Source: Antedon mediterranea | Taxonomy: Eukaryota > Animalia > Echinodermata | NCBI RefSeq assembly: GCF_964355755.1 | Contig: NC_092670.1 | Location: 32,166,388 to 32,230,387 of the forward strand | Reading direction: 5' to 3' | Length of the DNA stretch: 64,000 nt | Part shown: positions 37,299 to 46,196 of the stretch, piece after piece | Position numbering within the stretch: the stretch's first letter is position 1 | How the letters are laid out: each line of letters starts with the position of its first letter | Translations under genes and position numbers: made by a program | The notes under the pieces: model-generated | Seen by the model: only the letters and a program-made list of their open reading frames with translations | What the model was told of the DNA's origin: nothing | Database searches by the model: none

Positions 37299-38924
37299 AT
37301 GCTGTTTCAGCTTATCGGAATCACTTTGCTTATTATTGCTCAAAATGCTACTGCAGAAGAACAATTTGTAGAGTTTGATTCTTATTATTGGTTGAAAGAT
37401 CAATCTAACCCCCGGCAGGCTGTAAACGTCATATCATCGAGTGAAACTTACAAAATAACTCAACAAGTATTAACGTTTACTCAGGATGATGAACAGACGG
37501 TAGACTACAAGGCTAATCTGACAGACACGTTAAAAACAGTCAACTGTAATTATTTTCTATCTTTCAATGAACAAGATGACGGAATATACACATGCCAAGA
37601 TGATGACAATCAACAATTTGCGATTCCTGCAGGTAACGTCATACAGGATTTGCCACCTGTATATTATGCTTGGAGAATTGCGTGTGAAGAATTAGTAAAT
37701 AACATCACAGAAGGTGAGGAAGTAGCAATCGCATGCAAGGTAAAGCGTATATCACCACTGAAAAATGACAATTATAAAATAACAATCGGATGGATCCAAG
37801 GAAGTAATAACATTACACAGTCGTATCATTTTAATACTGCAGTAAGATTCAAACAAACGTTAAAGGGATACCAATTGGGAAACGGCATATTCTTTTATTG
37901 TTATTCAAAAGTAATCCAACTTCAAAAATATAACGAATTTATAAATCGGTGTTACACAGTGATTATAACGGTTTACCCTCGTCCATTATTTACCGACACC
38001 ACCAATAAAAAGCATGAACATACTGTTGGTGAATATTGCTTTAAATGCCAAGCTACAGGTGGATCTGGCCAGAAGAATTACTACTGGACTTTAAATGGTC
38101 GACTTCTCTCAGAGACAGAGTACGATGGGGAAAAAGACAACGAAAAATGTTTTATAAATTTAACAGCTGATGATTACGTAATCGAGTGTCTGGTGAGTAC
38201 GCAAGACAATTCTGATGAAATAGAGCCCATTGCAGACGATATAACGGAAACCTACAAAACTGAAGCTGGTTACAATATTGATGCATCAACAGGTAGGCCT
38301 ACTACCATGACAGCAGATCAATATAAAAGTACATATAATTACAAATCAATAGTTAAATCAACAGACAGGCAATTGATAGATCATTACAAACAGTCAACTT
38401 TAATTCTAGCAGCATCAACGTCTATTATGTTGATAGTGGTTTTTATTCTCATCTATTTACTTAAACAGGCAAAAGCTGCCATTGAAATTCAAAAGAGGAG
38501 ATATGATGATATTATCAAAATCACAAGAAACCAATGTACAGACTACGAACGCGTCTTTAACATCAAAGAATGTGAAGAACCTTTAGAAAAGACACAACTA
38601 GAACAACCAGAAGAGTTGGATATTTTTAGCATAAAAGATGCTGATGAGAAACCATCAACAAGCAAACAAGTGATATCTACAAAAGCAGAAAACGAACCCT
38701 GTAAATCTAGGAAAACAGATAGAAATGTAGAACAAGATGAAGATGTATATTATAGCATTAGAGATGATGACGATCAACATTTAACAAACAAACCAGACAA
38801 TGAATCTCATAAATCATCACAAAAGGTAAAAATTAAAAGTAAACACGTTGAAGTCTTTACAAACGAATGTTATGGAAGTTTCACTAATGAACCTAAACAA
38901 AATACGAAAAAAAGTGAGCCATAA
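37299..38924 (+). CDS. Receptor E: ectodomain class 2 + DGYLEI-class tail truncated by a +1 frameshift (541 aa; 591 aa to 39075 if corrected)
   Basis: Signal peptide MLFQLIGITLLIIAQNATA, same Ig-like motifs, TM TLILAASTSIMLIVVFILIYLL. A7 at 38907-38913 versus A6 in D moves DDYMQP...DGYLEIKS (ends 39075) out of frame. Confidence 0.85.
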   Translation: MLFQLIGITLLIIAQNATAEEQFVEFDSYYWLKDQSNPRQAVNVISSSETYKITQQVLTFTQDDEQTVDYKANLTDTLKTVNCNYFLSFNEQDDGIYTCQDDDNQQFAIPAGNVIQDLPPVYYAWRIACEELVNNITEGEEVAIACKVKRISPLKNDNYKITIGWIQGSNNITQSYHFNTAVRFKQTLKGYQLGNGIFFYCYSKVIQLQKYNEFINRCYTVIITVYPRPLFTDTTNKKHEHTVGEYCFKCQATGGSGQKNYYWTLNGRLLSETEYDGEKDNEKCFINLTADDYVIECLVSTQDNSDEIEPIADDITETYKTEAGYNIDASTGRPTTMTADQYKSTYNYKSIVKSTDRQLIDHYKQSTLILAASTSIMLIVVFILIYLLKQAKAAIEIQKRRYDDIIKITRNQCTDYERVFNIKECEEPLEKTQLEQPEELDIFSIKDADEKPSTSKQVISTKAENEPCKSRKTDRNVEQDEDVYYSIRDDDDQHLTNKPDNESHKSSQKVKIKSKHVEVFTNECYGSFTNEPKQNTKKSEP

Positions 38925-39679
38925 GATACAGTTCAAGATGGTATCTGAAACAATCAAAAACAAGAAACTAGAAGACACAGCGGATGACTACATGCAGCCG
39001 ATCACACAGTTATACAGCAATAAAATATACAGTACCAATGACAGTGATGACGGTTACTTAGAAATAAAATCTTAAATGATCATTTTAGAGCAATAATACG
39101 AAGTTCTGTAATTGTGAGATGATTTATTATTATGTTATAGGCCTACAGACATTAACGCATGCTACTTTTTAAATGTATATTTAACCAGCTTAAGTGTTAC
39201 AAGATTTTATTAACTTTTGACTATATACATTTTACTCGAATTATACATTAATCATTTACTATAAGAATAAAAAAAAGATATTTATTAAAATGTTACAACT
39301 TTATTATATATATTTGCTCGCATTATACATTAGTATCATTTACCATATATTATAACCAAGGTGTTCTTATAAATGAATTATTCCTAACTGAATTTATCAA
39401 AGAAAAAAGTATGTATTGATTGATTTATTTCTTTATCTATGTATGGTGTTACAAGATGAAACTTTTTATAATACTGTAACAAATAATAACGAACTCGCAT
39501 TAGTACAGTATTATTTATCATAAACATTACAAAGGTGGCCTTATTTAAGGATATGTAAGTTACGTTTTGATTTTTTAGATTAAGTTATTCCTTATTGTAG
39601 GCATATAATAAGTATTACTAATGTATTATTTTACTTCACTATAACAAACATTCGTTAATTAGTTGTGATTGGCTTACGA

Positions 39680-39844
39680 CGTGCTGAGCCTTTCATAAAT
39701 GAATGTTATGTCTGTAGCTTCAATTCAAAGAAACCAGCGGATGCAGTGGAAGATTATATGCAACCCATTATAACAACACATCTATATAGCGACACTAAAA
39801 ACATGGACAAAAATGAAGATGGTTACTTAGAAATAATATCTTAA
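39680..39844 (+). pseudogene. Orphan receptor tail remnant
   Basis: Open frame RAEPFINECYVCSFNSKKPADAVEDYMQPIITTHLYSDTKNMDKNEDGYLEIIS*, homologous to the D/E/F tail end, with no upstream ectodomain. Confidence 0.8.
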
Positions 39845-40030
39845 AACATGTATAACCCAATAATAACACATCATGTGATGTTAAAAGTTTTAAAATGCGT
39901 TCGAAACTTAACGAATCTTATCTCGCAGATTAGCGTTTGAATGGATGTTTGAGGCTGTAGCCTAATCTATAACTCTTCCTCGATTTAAACATGATTGTTT
40001 TTGTTATTCGAAAGTTTATCCAAAAAGCAT

Positions 40031-40050
40031 TACTTCCTTGTTTTGTGAAA
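40031..40050 (+). promoter_or_regulatory. Conserved 20-bp upstream element of receptor F
   Basis: TACTTCCTTGTTTTGTGAAA, then TCAGTT, 102 bp before the ATG. Confidence 0.6.
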
Positions 40051-40132
40051 CTGTACATTCAGTTAGATGTAGCTATTCGTAGCAACAACACCTAGATTGT
40101 GTACACATTACCCAAAAGATAAAGAACCAAAA

Positions 40133-41350
40133 ATGCTGTTTCATCTGTATCTTATTGGAATCAGTTTGCTCATTATTGCCCAAAATGTTAAAGCAGAAGA
40201 ACAGTTTGTAGAGTTTGATTCTTACTATTATTTGAAAGCTAGTCAATCGAACCCCCGGCAGGCTGTGAACGTCGTACCATCGAGTGAAACTTACAAAATA
40301 ACTAAACAAGTAGGCCTATTAACGTTTACTCAGGATGGTGAACAGACGGTAGACTACAAGGCTATTCTGAAAGACAAGTTAAACACAGTCAACTGTAACT
40401 ATTTTCTATCTTACAATATGCAAGATGACGGAATATACACGTGCCAAGATGATGATAATCATCACTTTGCGATTCATGCAGGTGACGTCATACAGGCTTT
40501 GTCACCTGTATATTATGCTTGGAGAATTACTTGTGAAGATTTAATACATAACATCACAGAAGGTGAGGAAGTAGTAATCGTATGCAAGGTAAAGCGTATA
40601 TTATCACCATTGAAAAACGACAATTATAAAATAACAATAGGATGGATCCAAGGAAGTAATAACATTACACAGTCGTATTATTTTACTGAACCAGTAAGAT
40701 TCAAAAAAACGTTTAAAGGTTACCAATTGGGAAACGGCATATTCTTTTATTGCATTTCAAAAGTAATCCAACTTCAAAACTATAACGAATTTATAAATCG
40801 GTGCTACACATTGATTTTAACAGTTTATCCCCCTCAATTATTTACCGACACCAATAGCAAGCAGAATACTGTTAGTGAACATTGCTTTAAATGTCAAGCT
40901 GCAAGTGGATCTGACCAGAATATTTACTGGACATTAAATGGACAACTGCTGTCGGGGACAGAGTACAATGGGGAAGATGGCAACGAAAAATGTTTCAGAA
41001 ATGTAATAGCTGGTGATTACGTAGTCGAGTGTCTGGTGAGTACGCAAGACAATTCTGATGAAATAGAGCCTATTGCTGACGATATAATGGAAACCTACAA
41101 AACTGAAGCTGGTTACAATAATGATACATTAACAAGTAGGCCTACTACCATGACAGCAGATCAATATCAAAGTACATATCATTACAAATCAATAGTGAAA
41201 TCAACAGACAGGCAATTGATAGATCATTACCAACAGTCAACTTTAATTCTAGCAGCATCAACATCTATTATGTTGATAGTGGTTTTTATTCTCATCTATT
41301 TACTTAAACAGGCAAAAGCTGCCATTGAAATTCAAAAAGAGGAGATATGA
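40133..41350 (+). CDS. Receptor F: ectodomain class 2 variant, TM intact, tail lost by frameshift (405 aa); possible decoy or pseudogene
   Basis: A5 at 41334-41338 versus A4 in E gives a stop 14 residues after the TM. The former tail continues out of frame (41325-41876) and has a second, 2-bp deletion near 41870 before DGYLEIIS* (41916). Confidence 0.75.
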   Translation: MLFHLYLIGISLLIIAQNVKAEEQFVEFDSYYYLKASQSNPRQAVNVVPSSETYKITKQVGLLTFTQDGEQTVDYKAILKDKLNTVNCNYFLSYNMQDDGIYTCQDDDNHHFAIHAGDVIQALSPVYYAWRITCEDLIHNITEGEEVVIVCKVKRILSPLKNDNYKITIGWIQGSNNITQSYYFTEPVRFKKTFKGYQLGNGIFFYCISKVIQLQNYNEFINRCYTLILTVYPPQLFTDTNSKQNTVSEHCFKCQAASGSDQNIYWTLNGQLLSGTEYNGEDGNEKCFRNVIAGDYVVECLVSTQDNSDEIEPIADDIMETYKTEAGYNNDTLTSRPTTMTADQYQSTYHYKSIVKSTDRQLIDHYQQSTLILAASTSIMLIVVFILIYLLKQAKAAIEIQKEEI

Positions 41351-43703
41351 TGATATTATCAAAATCACAAGAAATCAATATACAGACTACGAACGCGTCT
41401 TTAACATCAAAGACTGTGAAGAACCTTTAGAAAAGACACAACTAGAACAACCAGAAGAGTTGGATATTTTTAGCATAAAAGATGCTGATGAGAAACCATC
41501 AACAAGCAAACAAGTGATATCTAGAAAACCAGAAAATGAACCCTGTAAATCTAGGAAAACAGATAGAAATGTAGAACAAGATGAAGATGTATATTATAGC
41601 ATTAGAGATGATGACGATCAACATTTAACAAACAAACCAGACAATGAATCTCATAAATCAACACAAAAGGTAACAATTAAAAGTAAACACGTTGAAGTCT
41701 TTACAAACGAATGTTATGAAAGTGTCACTAATGAACCTAAACAATATACGAATAAAGGGAACAAGAAGACACAGTTCAAGATGGCATTTAAAACAAACGA
41801 AAACAAGAAACTAGAAGACACAGCGGATGACTACATGCAGGCGATCACACAGTTATACAGCAATACAATACAGTAACAATGCCAGTGATGACGGTTACTT
41901 AGAAATAATATCTTAAGTGATCATTTAGAGCAATAATACAAAGTTCTGTAATTGTGAGATGATTTATTATTATGTTATAGGCCTACAGACATTAACGCAT
42001 GCTACTTTTTAAATGTATATTTAACCAGCTTTAGTGTTACAAGATTTTAAAAACTTTACTATATACATTTTACTCCAATTATACAATAATCATTTACTAT
42101 AAGAATAAAAAAAAAAGATATTTATAAAAATTTTACAAGATTTTTAAAACTTTATTATATATAATATATTTGCTCGCATTATACATTAGTATCATTTACC
42201 ATATAATATAACCAAGGTTGTCTTATAAATGTATTATTCCTAACTGAATTTATCAACAAAAAAAAGTATGTATTGATTGATTTTTTTTTTTCATTATCTG
42301 TGTATGGTGTTGCAAGATGAAAGTTATTCCCTATTGTAGGCATTTACTTTTGCCATTAAACCGTGTACAGTATTAGAATTGTGATGAAACTCATAATACT
42401 GTAACAAATAATAATGAACTCGCATGAGTACAGTATTATTTATCATAAACATTATCAAGGCGGCCTTATAAATGTCTATAAAATTATGTTTTAATAGAAA
42501 GATTAATCAAGTTATTAATATTAGCTATTGTAGGCATACGAAATATAATTACCAATGTATTATTTTACTTAAACTATAAAAAACATTCGTTAATTAGTTG
42601 TGATTGGCTTACGATATATTACGGAACTGGGATTAATCTCATCTTCAAACGTAAATTGCGCAGCCAATCAAATAATTACTTTTTCAGTGTATATCACTTG
42701 TGTAAACAAAATAATAATTAATATACAACTAAAATTACTTCTACTAAAAGTAATGAATGATACTGCTACTATTAAGTATTACAGTTTTATCTCAACTGTT
42801 CAAAGTTCATTGTAAACATATTTATGAAGGCCACGTACTCTTACATAACATGTTATGTTTCCATTCTGTATTATTGTTATAGTTGTTTATCGGTTGAAAT
42901 ATGAATAATTCGTACTTTATATAAACAGAAAATTGTAATAATAAAAGTTCTCGTACTCTATATACTTTTTGTTTTAGTTATTTTAAAAGGTTAATATATA
43001 TTGCGTGTGAAGAATTATGACTGAAAGGGAAATAAAATAATTTGTAAGTTTTAAATTGTGTTTTAGAAAAATAAATTTGAATACAATATTTCTATAAAAA
43101 TAATATTAGAAAAAAACCTTTTATTGTTTGACATTAACATCGTTTGTTATACAGTATCAATAAATCACAAAACTGATGACGTAGATGATTATATTTGTGT
43201 GTTATACAAAATGATGTGTTATGTGTATATAATGGTGATAAGTTGTTTACTTGTAAAAATTCTTATTAGGTGATCATTTAGAATAAAATGATCACCTATT
43301 GTTATTGTATGAAATCTGTATTCTTTTTATTTATTTCTTTCTGTACAGATTTTGTGTGTCAATTATCTCAAAAATTTAATTGTCAATAATCACCAAAATT
43401 TCAAAATATATTTAAAATAATTTAGTTTAGTTATAGTTAAGTTTTCAGAGTGATCACTCATCCGTGACGTCATTTATACGCCATTTTGTGAAATCACATT
43501 ATCAATAATATCTCCATAATTCATTATCACATGTGAATAAAATTCACTACACATAAACGTCAGGTCAAAGGTAAAAATATTAGCAAATAAAAACTTGCGC
43601 GTTTCAAGGTCATGCGCGGGAAATTGCGCGTTAAAAATTTAAAAAGCTCAAAATTAAGTTTTGATCAATTTAGAGCATGAAATAGGCCATTTGCGTGTTT
43701 CAG

Positions 43704-43771
43704 GAAAAGAAACAAGCGGATCGGTGGACGATTATATGCAACCAATAAGTTACTTAGAAATAATATCTTGA
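43704..43771 (+). pseudogene. Orphan receptor tail remnant (duplicate of 34813-34880)
   Basis: Same KETSGSVDDYMQPISYLEIIS* frame. Confidence 0.75.
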
Positions 43772-43800
43772 AACTTAATCAATTAAAATTAATCGTTCAA

Positions 43801-45457
43801 TTCATTCATTCATTCATTCATAATGGTATATTTATTAAAATCACCTTCACAGAAAAACTGAATTGTGACCCTTTTTTACATTATTAAAAGGTACTTAAAA
43901 TATTTAAAATGTTTTAAAAAGATAGCATAAAATAACATCAAACATTGAGAACCACACAATACATCATATAAAAACATTAAAATAAACGAGCACAACATCA
44001 AAACAAGTAAAAATCTAAATGACTGGCCAAGTGAATTGAAAAAAAATTACCTAACATATTATATTTGATTCTTATTACTTCAACATTATATTATACAGAG
44101 GGATAAAATTATTTTCAATACAGAAGTAAAATCAGTTGCGGTTCCACTGCCTAATCGTGTATGGAATGGAGCTGTTACGATATCTGACAGTCCGGCAAAC
44201 AGGGACAGTAAGTTTGTTTGCGCTTCATAGGTCTCTGCCATATGAGACTCAAACCTACTGAGTGGAATACACTCATCTTGGCTTGAAATTACCGAGGCAA
44301 AAAAATTGCTACAAATTTCATTACGACATACATTTAACTGTATTAAGTTACACTGATCAAGAGCTAGATTATAGTGTGAAAACAGAGGCCCTAGAATAAT
44401 TTTACAAGCTCGCTTCTGGATTCGCTCTAACATTATATCATTCAAGTTGGGTAAGACCAGAATGCCACACAGGAGCAGCGTATTCAGTTAAGGGTCTGAC
44501 ATACCCAGTATAAATAGTTAATAAGTCAACAATTGGCATTTTGAATCGCTTAAGTACTTTCAACATATATAATCTACCATTAGCTTTGCTAAGCAATTTA
44601 GTGATATGAGAGCTCCATTTAAGATCAGAACTAATGTTAACGCCTAAGATTGTAGTATTATTCACAATGTTCAACGGCTGTCCATCAATGTTGACAACAT
44701 GATTAACATTTTTTCTAGAAAAATTTACACTCATAACTAAACATTTGCTAGGATTAAGTTTCATATTATTAACTGTCGCCCATTGCGATAGATCGTTTAA
44801 GTGATTTTGCATAAAGCTAGGTTGTTTGCTAAGACGAGGTTCGACAATGGTAATATCATCAACATACTTAAATACGTCAATCGTCTTATCGTAAAAAACA
44901 TCATTAACCATGGCAAGGAAGCAGAGGGGTCCTAAGCTGGTACCTTGAGGGACACCTCCATGAATGTATTTCCATTCACTAATGGTGTCTAGATATCTAA
45001 CACATTGTGTTCTATCACTTAGAAAACTCATAATCCATGTAATTACAGATGGACGGACTTGAAATGTAATCAACTTACAGATTAATACATTGTGGTCAAC
45101 ATAGTAAAAAGCTTTTATAAAATCAGTAACCACTACAGTACTTTCACTTTGTTTCTTATCAGCATTTCTATAGAGAACATCCATAAGCTTAACAAGATAA
45201 TGATTAGTAGATATCCCTTTACGATACCATACTGGTTGTGGTCAAGGTTGGGATTCATGTCATTTAACAACAAACTTTAGACATGAAACTTTCTGCAATT
45301 TTTGCAAAGTGGTCAGTGAGGGAAATTGGTCTAAGTTTATCCCAAGTCGCAGGATTAGTTTTAAGAATAGGGATAACCACGGGACAACACCGTTACCAAA
45401 GGATTAATTTATGATTGCAGCCAGAGGTTTGCTAATTTTATATGCAAATTCCTTAAT
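43801..45457 (-). mobile_element. Truncated LINE, duplicate of 34910-36560 (RT ORF 44438-45184)
   Basis: The RT translation differs from the first copy at one residue (KML/KLL). Same flanks, so duplicated with the segment rather than inserted twice. Confidence 0.88.
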
Positions 45458-45510
45458 TCGTAGTTAGAGAATCTTATCTTATATGAATCTATAACTCTTC
45501 CTCAATTTAA

Positions 45511-46049
45511 AGATGTATTGTCCCTTGAAACACAAAAAATAAAAAAAAAATATTCTAAATTTAAATTGGCCATTTCAAGGTAATATTAAAGTTATTCACT
45601 TCAAGTCGAACATTTGAGGCAAAAACAACAAGTTTACGTAATTAACAGGTAAATTAATTTGATTACATTTCGTCTAGAAAATCGTCACGATTGAAAGTAA
45701 ACAAAGATTTCAAACCACAAGTATGCATTAATGCATGATGCTAATTAAAATTGTTTACAACTCGTCGCGGTTGAGAAGGTGTTTTCACGCAGATCTTGAG
45801 GAAGTCTTATGATTATCATAGCGATATTATTCTATGTGATTATGTATACAGAGTAGCCAACTTTGACTGCACTGGAAGTCAAAGTTATTTTTTGAACAAA
45901 AAAAAACGTCCGTATTTCGGTTAAATTATTTTTTTTGTTCAACTAATTTTTGGTGAAAGTTAATAACTATTATGATAATTCAAAATGACCCACTTTTTTC
46001 GAAATATAAAAAAAAAATTGTTTTTATTAGTCAAAGAGATAATACATCT
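45511..46049. mobile_element. TTAA-target MITE upstream of receptor G (duplicate of 36614-37151)
   Basis: Same TIRs, TTAA at 45507-45510 and 46050-46053. Confidence 0.85.
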
Positions 46050-46094
46050 TTAAACATAGTTATTATATTATTCGAAAGTTCATCCGAAAAGCAT

Positions 46095-46114
46095 TACTTC
46101 CTTGTTTTGCGAAA
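46095..46114 (+). promoter_or_regulatory. Conserved 20-bp upstream element of receptor G
   Basis: TACTTCCTTGTTTTGCGAAA, 102 bp before the ATG. Confidence 0.6.
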
Positions 46115-46196
46115 CTGTACATTCAGTTATATTCAACTATTTGTAGCAACACCATCTAGATTGTGTATTCGTTACTCAAAAGATAAAGAAACAAAA

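Larger units (their letters stand above)
33055..38259 (+). repeat. Segmental duplication, copy 1 (pairs with 41940-47158)
   Basis: Near-identical sequence at an offset of about 8.9 kb (for example ORF starts 37074/45972, RT ORFs 35541/44438). Contains spacer, tail remnant, LINE, MITE and the E/G ectodomain. Confidence 0.92.
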
